A stretch of 64,000 nucleotides of DNA from contig NC_087438.1 of assembly GCF_036321535.1 (NCBI RefSeq), positions 6,574,001 through 6,638,000 on the forward strand. Direction: 5' to 3'. Below, piece by piece: positions 46,709 through 59,400 of the stretch. Both the position numbers and the translations under genes were made by a program. The first letter of the stretch is position 1, and each line of letters starts with the position of its first letter. This stretch comes from Camelus dromedarius (taxonomy: Eukaryota). Below the pieces are notes generated by a model. The model saw only the letters and a list, made by a program, of their open reading frames with translations. It had not been told where the DNA came from and made no database searches.

Positions 46709-49700
46709 ATGTGTATATATACACAAAACATTTAACAAATATTAAAAAGCCTACTGTCCTACTGTCCATGACTCCGGCGAAACAAAGATGAAAAAGGTAA
46801 CCAGGTGAGGCTTTGATGCAACGTGACCAAGAGGCCAGCACCTCATGAAGTCACTCACACACACACACCAGCAGCAGCTCAGAACTGACCTTTATAGAAA
46901 TGAACATTTCTGAAAAAACGTTTTCTGGCAGCGAGTCCACAAACTGTCTGTTGGGTATTATTTCTCGACACACTCAGGTTCAACGCGACAGACAGAGGGT
47001 CACCCTCCTGCAAGTAGTGTCTACTTCGAGCATACACGAAATATTCCACCTATTTTTAGTTACATTTTAAAAATACATTTTTTAACGTGAGTGGGCCACA
47101 TTCTGATCTGGCTCTGTACTTCCAAATGTCTCCGTAAAAACTGAGCTTAATCATCCCCTTTTAAAAAAGCAAATTAAATCAGCAACTATCCACAGAGAAC
47201 CACCTTCCTTTGCAATAATTAGCCAAATGTTATAGGAATATTAATGAATAAGAGAAATTCAAGACACAGACCCTGACCTCAAGGTGCTTAATGAAAGAAG
47301 TAAGTCCACCTCTAGATATAATCTTTCTGCTTTCCAAGTGAGTTTCTCAAGTCTGGACCCTGGATCGGAACAGAGTCTCTGCAGGACACGTGCTGATGCA
47401 CGGGACCAGTGGCTTTCCATCAAGCTGCTCACCTGGGGAGCGTTCTAACCAACCCTGCTCCCAGCCCCAGGCCCCTGATTTTCTGATTATTAGGTCTTTG
47501 ATATGTCAGTTTCTACCAATTCCCCTCCTCTCACGGCCCCCACCGACCTTATATTTGTACAGCACTTTAGAGTTTGCAAAACTTCCTTAAACCCCCTAAC
47601 TTTTAACCTTGTGTGAGATCACGACCGCTATAATTTCAGATGAGAAAACACGAGTCACGCATATTCCTACTTGCAGGCAGCAAATAATAAATGCCACAGG
47701 TCAAGTTTAGACATTGTGCAAGATTTATTCCTAAAACAAGTATTTGTCCCATAGGTGGGTGTGTATTAGTGGCATCAGCTCACATACAAAAAGTTATGCT
47801 TTCCAAAGTATCTGATCAAAATGTTCAAGTTTCCCTTTCTAAGAAATGTTCCTTTTGGCATTTTTTACTTTAAAAGTTCTTGTGAACTGATTGTATATAT
47901 TAAAATATTCATTCAGAAGTGAAACCTAGGAATTTCAGGAAAAGAACAATATTTGTATACACAGGCACGAACCTACTTCCAAAGCAAAGTAGGTGCAGAA
48001 TACTTCAAAGGACTTAAATTCTTTTTAGCTCCTTTGAGACTACCTTTATTTTAAAACAAAAAGCTGTGTTCCTTCTAAGCCATGGGGCTGAAACTCCTTT
48101 GGTCCTACCTGGAGTACACTGGGTCCCAATGAGATGCTTAATTACCCAGAGGCAGTGATTGAACCACCATTCCTAGGAGTTGGCAGGCAGGCATGGTCAA
48201 GGACAAAGATTTCTGAATGACAGCCTCACACCAGAGGAAAGTCAAGAGGCACCTGTGAAGTCTGATCACAAGACAGCAAGTAAACGAAGCCAAACTGGAA
48301 ATGTTCCCAGTGGGAAAAGCTGCCTCTTACAGGCACCTTGACTGCCCTCACCTTCACGATTTCCCAAAGCAAGAAGACTCATCCCTTCATATGCAGTAAG
48401 GACCGTGTCCAGACACGGAGTCTGTGTGGTCCACCACTCAGTATGTATTTGTTGACTCCCTACCAAGCGTCTGGCCAGTAGCAAATGCTGGACGATATGA
48501 AGGAACAAGACTGAGCCTACATTGAGTTTATGTGATTGAGTAGCCAGCCCATCAACATGACTCCCATGAAGTAGTAACCTAAAGAGATACGTCCGCACGG
48601 GGGTGAGGAGAGAACCAGTGGGGACCATCACAGCCCGGACAATCAAAGGATATGCATACATTTTTAAGGGATTCTTGACAAAGCAAACTAATATTTTTCA
48701 CATTTAAAAATGGACAGTAAATAATAAATCAGTCTGTTTGAGATTTATCTTCAATTCTTCCAGCTTAGCCATGTCTCCTTCTTCCCTAAGCTCTACTTAT
48801 AAAAACTAGGAAATAAACTTTGAATGTAATTTTCTTTCTCTGTGTTTCTTAATATATCTCTGCTCTTCAGTTCAGGCATAGAAGATGTGTGACTTGTATT
48901 TAATCGTTAAAATGTAAGAAATATTTCTTATTAAAAAATTTCCATCATGCCAGTCCAAAAGCTACAGTAGAAATTCACATTGCAAAGATTCTTCTGAGTA
49001 TTCATTTATGGTTTCAGCTGGCTGAGAATTTATCCCCAGAGTAAAGGTAAGAAATGCATGTAAACTACAAAGTGCAAAAGGAAGCTCCACATTCATTAGA
49101 AGGAAGTACTGAGTCACCATCCTGTTCACATCTGGACCAAGGCTACACAATCAACCACAGAAGCTGGCATCCGAGGCAGCACCTTTCCCAGTGTGGGATG
49201 AGGTGGCACCTCCTTCACACCTAACACCTCCTCCCTGTCACCACTATGGATCAGAAGAAGACCAGCAGTCAAGTCCGACAGTGTACAATGCCCCTAGGAG
49301 AGGTGGGACAATCTGCCATCACGTCTATAGGAATGTCTTTAAAAGAGAAGCCTCAGGGGGCAAGAGCAGTTGCTCCCTTCCAGCTCAGGGGCCTCCCTCA
49401 GACTGTTCCCTGCATGATAATTATAAGGGCAGAGAATGAGCAGACCCTTGCATGACCCCAAGTGGGGACAGTCCAGCTCGATCCAAAGTGCAAAATGTGT
49501 CACTTCTCTGCCTTTTCATATCATCTAACCAACATCCGGTCAAAATGCACATGTTCCCAGATTTTAAACCATATCGAATTTGGTAGAGGGAGGCTTGGCG
49601 GCGAGGAATATGGAAACAAGAGGTATATGATTATTTCCAAGATATCTTTACTCAGGAAAACAAATCCATCATTGTCTTAAAAGCAAGAGACAAGTGAAGT

Positions 49701-52700
49701 CCACGCCAGCCTCACCATAGTATCTCTTTATAGTTTTAAAGGCAAAAGATAATGTTGACATCCCCTTGCTCAACAGGTGCCAATACTTGCCTTGATGCAT
49801 CCCATAGAGACAAGTGTAAAGGACGGGTCCTCTCCAAAACAATGCAGATACTCTGTTCCACCAAAAGCAGTGGCAATTCCTTCAGTTAAACCGTCCTTTA
49901 CAACTCTGTGCCCGCTTTCCCTTCTCTGACAGGGCAATTCAGAGGACAGGGGTTTCCAAGGAATTGTCAGTGTCGAAGGGACAGTGGGGAAGAGGAGTCT
50001 CAATTTAGCCTGCTTAATTTTTTTTCACAAAATTTGTTTTCCCCTGATGTACTGAATATTCGTTCGTTTACTCATCAATGATCAGCAGCCCCGCCCTTGC
50101 TCCCACACACTCTAGGATGTCGGCTCCTGTATCCCCGGCACGTCATGGGCACTAAGTGGTTCCTGAATGAACATTTGGGTAAGAGTAAAGTCACGTAATG
50201 AAGAATGTATAACTGCAGATCCTGATAAAACGCACTTCGTAGGAAGCTTAAGGATGATATCGTTATGGGAGTTTATCCCACAGAAGCACTAGAACTGTCC
50301 ACTGCGAAAGACTGTGAAAGCCATGAAGCAGCTACCTGGAACACTGATGCTGCAGTGAATACAGCCCCCCAAATAAGATTTTGTGCATTTTCAGGTCATA
50401 AAACAGGTCCAATTTAACCCAGTTAAGTGGCAGCATCAACATCTGCAACTCGGAGTTGCTGGGATCTGAAGCGTACGTCCTGTCCCCTCAGTGCACCAGC
50501 CTGCCCACCAGCGGTCAGCCCCAAATCACCGTCCCGGGGCCCCGGTAACTTGCCTAAAGAAGGCTGAGGTTTTAGGAAAACTACTTTGGTTCCTCACTTT
50601 TTTTTATTTTTTGGCCTACATTTCCATAATTTATAGACTAGTCCATGAGACTATGTTAAGAGCCAAAAAAAACCACGCACACCCTGCTGCCAGTTACCAG
50701 GAAGAACCATATTCTGAGCAGCCTATTTGAGATAATCACTGTTCATTCACGTTTTAATATGCATGAAAAAAAGGCCTCAAAATAGCCTTGCACATGAATC
50801 CAATATTGGTCTTTTAAATTAGTTAATCTAGTATGGGCTTCCAAATGCAATGCCTTATTAAGGAGAGCATCACGGGGTGCCATTTTTCTTTCCCCCTTTA
50901 GCTTAGTGTATTCGAGACTTAAAAGGGAGACGATATTTCTCTCTGAAACACTTGGAGCTAGCGAAATCAACGTGTGTGACAAGAAGACAGTCAGAGTTCA
51001 CGTTTGATAGAAAACCATGAGTTCCCAATGGTAACCACCCTGTATATGTATTTAACACCAGAGGTTTCTCAAGGAATACATCACCGTTGCTCATACTGCC
51101 CCCAAAGCCATTATGCTCCAGTATCTTATCATTCTTACTTTTTAAAAAAATATCTGCATATTTTTTGATGCTTGCTGTCTTTCCATGACATTTTCAAATA
51201 CAGAGTCCACCCTCTGTGGACACACTCCCTTGGGGATACAGGCTGCTGTCATATCAATGATGGGAGATGTATCCAGAGCTCAGGCCACTACTTTCTAGGA
51301 CATGCCAATAATTGGGCACTCCTGGCTAGTGCTCAGCATCAGATGGACTCTACTGTATCCTAGGTGGTAAGCTCTGTGTTGGTCATTGAGATACAATGCA
51401 CGCAGAGATGTGTCCACGGATGGATACAAGGCATCATCTCATGTTAACTGCACGGAAGCCAAGGGCAACCCGCTGAGCACACTCCATCTGATCCTGAAAA
51501 TCACTTGTAGGTCCCTGGAGTTTAGACTCCAAAGGAAGGGAGCCAGTAATGGTCATTGAACTGCCCCTGTATTCTCCTCAACTGAAAAATAACAGCTGAT
51601 TTTTACATTATTGAGTAATTGAAAATGACTTCTGTGCCCTTAATATGTTTCCATTGCCCCAAAACATTTTTCTATTGGTATTATAAAAAAAAAAAACTTG
51701 GTAACTAAGATAGCACAGAGAGGACCATTTTTCACATTCTGTTGTCATCAGAGATTCACAGTCACCTTATCTGTGCAATAGGCTGTCATGGATGCCTTGG
51801 CCGACTCCTCACTCAGGACAGAATGGAGACTGGACAGAGATGACAGATGCTGGCTTGGGATGCTCATGGCTCCTCCCAACCACCCTTCCTAATACACTCC
51901 ATTTCAAAGGTGTTTTAAACAGGTATTCCCAAGGAATAGACACATCACTGTGCTCTAGGAAAGTGCTTCTTTTCCACTAGGTCAGAAAGAGAAATGAGGA
52001 GGGAAGGGGCAGAAGGCCACCTGGGAACTGTGCAGGCCACAGCTCTGCCTGGAGCTCTCAGGCTCTCAGGCTCAGCCCCCTCTCTGGAACCAAGGTGAGC
52101 ACCAGAAGCTTCCCTGAGCTCACACCAGCCTGTGAAGCCAGGGGTCATCCCCTAAGCCTGAGAGTTCCTGGGCACCGGGGAGCTGCTGGCCGGTCCTCCT
52201 CTAGTGCTTCCATATTTGCTTCTTTCATACAGGCTGCATGATCTTTTCCCAGATTGGTCTCTCCTCAACAGGGAAGTGGTCAGGTCAAGATGAAGGCAGA
52301 GGTTTGCAGGGAAATGGGTGAAAAAGGAAGTTTTGCCCACTTGAAGATTCAGTTTCTGATCCAACAACAAATGTTATCTTTGCTTTGGATGGGGTTGAGG
52401 GCTGGGAGAAGAGGAAATGGAGGGGACAGGGCAGAAGGTGGAGACTACATTGGACTCTGGCAAAGGTGCAATAAGGAGCTTCTGTACCTGGCCTTGGCCT
52501 TGGCTTCTGTCCTCTCATTTCCCTCTGGATCTACCAGATGGTAAATGCTCAGAAATATGCTTCAGGTGTTCCCAAGCTCCCTGCTGTCAACCAACGAATC
52601 TTACAATGCTTAATACAAAGTTAACCTCAATGAAATGAGTTATCCATTCATCTAGAATTGAGAAACCATTTCCTGAAATTGGGTGCAATCATTGCCCACA

Positions 52701-53626
52701 GAGTACAAATTCTGGGCCCACTCTCAAGATGCATTTGTTACCTGTATTCAAAAGAGAGTTTCTAGAATCACAGCACAATTATGAAAATATATTTGAGAGC
52801 ATCATTATCATAAATAAACACAAAAAGTCTAAAATATGGCAATGCCACCAGAAAGGAAAATGATTTTCAATTCATCTTCCATCCAGCTCTTTGGAGAAAA
52901 TTACAGCAAATTTTGTCATATTTTATGTCAGTTCAGAAATAAATTTTAGAAGCCGTCATACAAGTTTCTGGAAGCTACAACATTGTTTTAAAAGACAAAG
53001 TTGCAGTTATTCCTCAACTGGCTCAGACTCCTCCTGTGTGGATCCTGACACGGAAGGCACTTTGTCACTGAGGTATGGCCACTGAGGAGATGTGGTGCCT
53101 ACAGGTCCATTTCCCAGCCCACAGAATGGCACCAGGGAGCAAAGCCACATGGAACAGTAGATGAGCTCAGATCACAAACTCTTCAAACAGGTATTGTCTG
53201 TAGCTGCTCACTTCCCATGGGTGTGTCATCCAAGTACTACAACAACCAACTCCGACCCAATAAACACAGCGCACCTGGGGCTGTCATGAGTCAAGACTGG
53301 ATAGCTGGAGTTGAACTTCAACCATAACACCAAAGGTGATGCTGAGCACGGCTGGGGCTGGGTTGGGTTTAGCGTCGGCGTATGTTTTCGTTCGGTATTT
53401 ATTTTGTGTATTTGTTCTGTGTAGATGATTAACAGTTACAGAATTCAGTCTATCAAACAGATATATTAGTTACTGCAGGCGAAAAGGAACGTAATGAAAA
53501 TGCATGCCTGTGCAATTATGATAATGATGCCACAACCAGATGAGCAAATGCAAAGCAGTGGGTGTAAATACAAGCCCAGAAAGGTCCCAGTCATTCCGGG
53601 GGGTGAAAGGACGCTTGTGCTTTTGT

Positions 53627-53645
53627 GGTGCCACCTGGTGGAGCC
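53627..53645 (-). promoter_or_regulatory. Candidate CTCF binding site
   Basis: Minus strand CCACCAGGTGGCA (53641-53629) matches the core consensus CCRSYAGRKGGCR at 13/13. Motif evidence only. Confidence 0.5.
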
Positions 53646-55554
53646 AGGAAGGCGGGAGCGGTGGGTCATAAAAAGGGATGACTGCCCCTCCCATCAGCTC
53701 CCAACCCCCCTACCAAGACCTCACAAGAACACAAAGCATTACTTCTCCTAAAACTTCATAAACCTTATCGAGTAACTAAAAACAATGATTTTAAGGAAAA
53801 ACATCAAATAGTTTACTGTTGTTTCTTTATTCTCTTTCTAACCCCACTTGAGTTAATTTCTCTATGTTTAAAAAAGTCATCAAATGCCAAATAAAAAAAG
53901 GAACAGATAAAAATAAAGGTTTATTTGGTAATGCATGCACCGCAAAATCACAGGAATTGCACTATTAGCAATGACACAAGGGGTTGCCGCCTGTGGAACA
54001 CGAAGGCTTCATTGATCGGATTATCAGGATATTTGGTTTATTCTTCCCCCATTAAGCTGCAAGCTATGTGAGATCAGAGGAACACCTACCATAACTCTGG
54101 ATATCAGTCAATGCCTTCCTACAGTAGGCTCCATAAATAATCTATGTAGGAGCATAAAGTTTGATAACTGACTTCTTTTCATGATCCAGAAATGGAAACT
54201 TGAATCCTTTAGCATTTTATTTTTCTGTTATCACTAAAAATAAGGAAACTACAGCCATCACAGATAAATAATAAAAGCACAGTCATCCATACACAAATAT
54301 CATCATTACCTTCAAAAGCATTTCAATTTCTGGTTATGTACCATTAACTTCCACCCACTAGTAACAAAAAGCAAACTCCAAATGGATTCCAGCGGACAGA
54401 GATTCTTCCATCCCACAGTAAGGTGACAAGAAAAAACTGAGACAAGAAAGTGTAGGAAAAGAGAGGAAAAAAAGGGCCAAATCTAGTGCTGTCCTGAAAA
54501 AGGAAAGTTTTATTTTACAGGAATAGGTATGTAAGAAAATAGAAAACAGTAAGGAGAAAATGGATGGGATGTGACACTCCATTAGCAAGCATCCATCTGT
54601 TACGCATATTTTAATATCTTCTGCGTCACCCTGCAGCACTGCACATGCAATTAAGAAGAAATTGCAAAGCCATTGTTTTTGAATAAGTAGTTGTCAACAA
54701 GCCGACCACACAGAGCTAGATGCAAATCACCAAGTCAATTTAGCGCCAGTTTCTAAAGTTCTGATTAATCCTCAACTTGTTCTGTGCTATTATAATGCAT
54801 TATTAAATGCAATGCACGGCTCGGACCCCATCCTTTGTAAAGTCACCACACACTGATGGTGACGGTGAGACGGATGTCAGCCCCAGGAAGCCTCTGGAGC
54901 GATATTCGTTCCCCATGACAAGAAGACTTCTGTTGGTGAGACACATGGGCAGAGCCATCTGCCAGAACACCAGACCTTCCGAAGGTTCCAATCACGCTCG
55001 CTCTTGATGTGTGCGTGCATTTTTAATCAAAGCATGCCTTGCTGTTCAATCCAGAACACTCATTTTCTCCCGACTGATCCAGACACCACCCCGTCCACCA
55101 CCGGGACTGCACTGAGCTGGTCCCGGGGGATGTCGTACAGGGACCCACACAGAGATGCCCTGAGAAAACCCAGGACACCCAGCTAAGTGTGTATTTCAGA
55201 TAAACAGCCAACAGCGTCACAGTAGACCTATGTCCCATCAACAGTTGCGATACACTTACACTAACATATTTGCTAACGCAGGCAGCACCTTGTACAACTT
55301 CGGGTTGGGGTCTGTGCCTGGCCCCGCCTACGCTGCTTGTTTCCAAGAGGAAGACCTTGGCGGATGGAGTTCCAAGTCCACTGGTGCCCTCGTGTGCCTC
55401 CCCCTGCCCTTCTGGTGCTTGTTAACACATCGTTTCTAAGTTGGGCCTTTACTCCATAAGAATCTTCCATCACTATCTTCAGAAACTAAACTGTAATTAA
55501 AGATCAAACTAAATTAACCCCCTGGTGAAAGAATTAACTATCCCTGCCTTTATT

Positions 55555-55594
55555 AAAAAAACAAAACAGAACAGAACAAAACAAAACAAAAAAC
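55555..55594. repeat. Imperfect (AAAAC)n microsatellite
   Basis: AAAAAAACAAAACAGAACAGAACAAAACAAAACAAAAAAC. Confidence 0.9.
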
Positions 55595-56817
55595 CTAGAC
55601 ACTGATTTAATGGCCACTGGACGAAGCTAGAATTTCTTACACTGATTTTCTTGATTATTTATCATGATTTCATACAAAGACCACAGGAAAAATTAATTAG
55701 CATCATTCTGCGACAGCTTTTCTCCAATTAAAACATGCTCGATTCACAAAATACATTAGCTGTTCCATAGAACTGTGTCAAAATGGCTGCCAACACAATT
55801 TAATCTCTAACCTGTTGGAATGATAATATACCACAGAAATGAAATCTACATATATTTACATTTTAAAACACAGGATGCTGAGATAAGAGTCTAAATTGCT
55901 GGTAAATTACCATTTACCCTAAAGATAATCAAAAGACATGTGTCTGTATGAGTGTGTGTGTGTATAAATTACTATATGAAGTATATGTACATAAACATAG
56001 ATACACATTCTTGAGTCTTTTTCAATGTGCTGAATTTTTTAAAAAATAATATGAAGTGGGCAAAGGAAAGCATCCAAAAGCCAAGTCTGCAATTGGAGGA
56101 GCTGAGGAACATGGTGCAGATGGCAGGGCTGCCTTCTTAATACTCCTTCTCTCCTTCCCCACAACTCAACCATCGACCCTCCTCAATGGTCCTTGGGTCA
56201 GCCATGTGCCCACCTCCCCTTCCCTTGCTGTCAGGGTGACCCCGGATGGTTCAAGACCCCTGGGAGGCCAGCAGCAGGCACTGGGTGGAACTTCGGGAAG
56301 CTCTTCAAGAGGAGGAAGGACTGGTCTGCCCTCCTCATTGCTGCCTCCCCCTCTTCCTGCTGGAATACAGGCTCTCAGCTAGAGGTGGAGCAGCCTTCTT
56401 GCGCCCTCCAAGTGCCCGGCATGAAGACAGAAGCCACAAACCAAGGGTGGCCGAGGGAAGGAGGGAGGACCTGGGTCCCAAAGGCCACCCCAGGAGCTCT
56501 GGACAAGCAGCGTGCTACGTGCCAACACACATGTGAGCTGGCTAAGTTGTCATCAGTTGGGTGTGCGGGTGCCTGCCGCTGAACACTGCCCAAACTGCTA
56601 CAGAATGGGAGGCTGAAAAAGCTCTGCTCATCTACCTGCAGAAAGGCACGTGTTCAATTTCTAGATTGTTCTACTGTAATTCTTAAACATTAAGATGGAC
56701 TTCAGGTATGGATTTTTTTTTTCATGGTACAAGCCAATATTGAAAACAATCAAAGCTACCAGAGGTACCAAAACAAACATCTAACTGTGAGCATTCAGAG
56801 CAAACTCACTCTCGGCC

Positions 56818-57001
56818 TTAGAAGAGGCACAAAGTGTTACATGTAACATAAGCTGCAAGGGTCTGGGGCACAAAACAGGGAATGCAGCCAACAGTTTACA
56901 ATAACTATGAACGGAGCATAACCTTCAAAACTTGCAAATCGCTGTCTGGTACACCTGTAACTTACATTAATACTGTGCATCATCTATATGTCAATACAAA
57001 A
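56818..57001 (+). mobile_element. L1 3'-UTR terminal fragment (older subfamily)
   Basis: ATAAGCTGCAAGG..ACAGGGAATGCAGCCAA..ATAACTATGAACGGAGCATAACCTTCAAAA..TACACCTGTAACTTA..TCAATACAAAA. Confidence 0.75.
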
Positions 57002-58954
57002 CCTGTAAAAGATGTCATTTTTTAAATAAAACTGGCAGTAGTGCAGAGGCATTTGAAGGGTCTGAGCTAAGAGCTGAGGCTGGATGCCGCATAGATAGCT
57101 TTTCCTGGAGGGTAGAATTTACTACTCTGTAGCAGTTCAAACAGAGGACAGGAACCCTTCCAAGCACGTCAGCATTTAAATAAAAGCAGGAGCAGCCCCC
57201 CGTCTGCAACACGGACCAAGCTGCGTTCACATCAGAGGACTCATTCTCACCGATACACGTGCACATCAGAGGCACCAGGTGGCCCACGGTAAGAGGGCCT
57301 AGCTGTACCAGCACGCTCCTGAGCACGCGTGATGAAGGAACCAAGACATCACGTCACGTGATGGTGAGGCTGCTGGGATCGGCAGCAAACCTCATGGCAG
57401 AGACAGCGGAGAGCTGGCCCGGACTCCCTCCCCGCCCTGCGTGAGCGTCTCAAGACCCCCTGCGTCTCAGGCTTACAGAGTTTCCACTGGCTTCCTCACG
57501 TGTCAGCCAGCCTCCCCCTGTGCAAGGAAACACGTGCGGAGCTTGTCACCTGGCACACTCCCAGCAAAACCAGAGAGCCGGGTCCTGGGGGGAGGTCCCC
57601 GGCACCACAGCCTCAGCTTTAAGGAGAGAGACAAGTTCAGTCTGAACTCCACCAGGGACCAGCTACTCGGGAAAACAGGAGTGATTCTGTAATTAAATAC
57701 CTTTCCCAGAGGGTCCTACCTGGGGGCTGACAGGGGAAGAGGGAGGAAAGAGAAGCCAAGATGGAAAGGCAAGGGTGGGGGACAAACAGACTTTGTTCCG
57801 TTCTCAGATTTCCTGAATATTTTCCCAAAGGGACACTGAACAGTAAGCCCGGACTCAACCAGGATTGCAGTTTCCCTCTAGAGAAGACCTCTTCTTGATC
57901 ACTATGCACCGTGCTTTGCACATGGTACGTGTCCAAATAATGACAGTACAGAGAACAGGTGACTCCCTGGAACAGAGCTGTCAGTACAGGAAACAGTCTC
58001 CGGCTTCTCCTGTATTGAAACAAACAAAAAGGAGTGAGGAAGAAAGTGCATACTCAAAACCTTCTGAATAATCCCAGCCACCTGCAGGACTAGGAGTGCC
58101 TGAGAGGGGCCCTTCGGATCTGCACGCCCCACGGGAGGGAGGTTTCTCTAACACCACCCGGTGCCCTGCTGGGGGCATGAGTTCTTCTCTGCATAGGCTA
58201 ACAGCGGGAGCTAAGGCAGGAGTGAGGGCTTCTGCTGAGAAGAGGAGCCTGGAAAAGCCAAAGGACCCCCCGCACAGGTTATTCCTGGACACTCACAGCA
58301 AACTGAAGGGGAAAGCTTGTTCTGGACCCGAGGGCTGGTGTTCTCAGAGACTATGTACTTCCATGAAAAACTCCCAGAAAGTGGATTTCAAAGCCAAACA
58401 CAGAAGACAGGTGTCACAATGCCCAAGTCCATTCGGTTACTATATACCACTGAGCAGACTGCCCACATCCTGGGCTGTCCTTGAATGCTCTGAAATTCAT
58501 GTGCATTATTTCAAATCACATCCTGAAGTTGTGTATGTTCAAAATTAAAAAATAAACACTTCCAATGGGGGACATCTTGTGACAGATGAAAGTCAGCACA
58601 GGGGTCCTGCTCTTAAATGACATCACTCTTGACTAAGGATAGAGGCGTTCACTTCCCAGACACCAGGGATATTATTAAATGGCTTGCTGTCATGGGACAA
58701 AGATTGAGTCATTGATTTCCTTAAAACCCAACAGCACTTGGTATCCTTTAAGACAGGAAATGTCCAGATGCTTGGCATAGAGAAAGCATCAATAAATGAC
58801 AGTTGACGTTAACTATGACCATTAAAGGATGTTAACTGGTTACAGAATATGAACTGTAATCTTCTCCATGTTAACGTTCTTAAGCCAAGAAAACACAAAT
58901 GTGCATTTTTACAGTTTACACACAAGACGTCAATTCTTTCAAATAAAGTCCTCA

Positions 58955-59400
58955 CTTTGCAAATGTTGGAGCATCTACTGTTTTCCAGAAACTTCTGCCA
59001 GCCCCAGAAATGCATAGGAAGCAAGACAAAGCCCCTGTTCTCACAAGAGGATGGATGCATGTGAGGTTACAAAGAGTAAACCAATAAACGCATAGACACA
59101 TGGTATAACAGTGGGTGATAGTAAGTGCTAAGAAGGACGGGGTTTAATGAGGGACAGAGTGCTGCCAGGTCAGACCACAGATGGAGCGGTCAAGAGAGCT
59201 GCCCCAGAGGGGGTGATACTGTGGGAGAACCCTTCCTGAAGGAAAGCAGGAGCCACTGCATCACCTGGTAGCTCAGGGATAAGCATGTGGGTGAGTGTGG
59301 CTGGGGACCAGTGGAAAAAAACAGAGAATGAGGACACAAAAGGGGCCAAGGGCCAGGCCATGTGAAGCTCTGTCACTGGTGAGTCCTGAGCAGAGGTGCC
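58955..59400 (-). mobile_element. L2 fragment
   Basis: CAAATGTTGGAGCATCTACTG..AAGCAAGACAAAGCCCCTGTTCTCACA..GTGATAGTAAGTGCTAAGAAG. Confidence 0.6.

Noticed and set aside
55260..55317. Possible 58-nt minus-strand exon (donor AGT|GTAAGT)
   Set aside because: The acceptor has no polypyrimidine tract (GGCGGGGCCAG).
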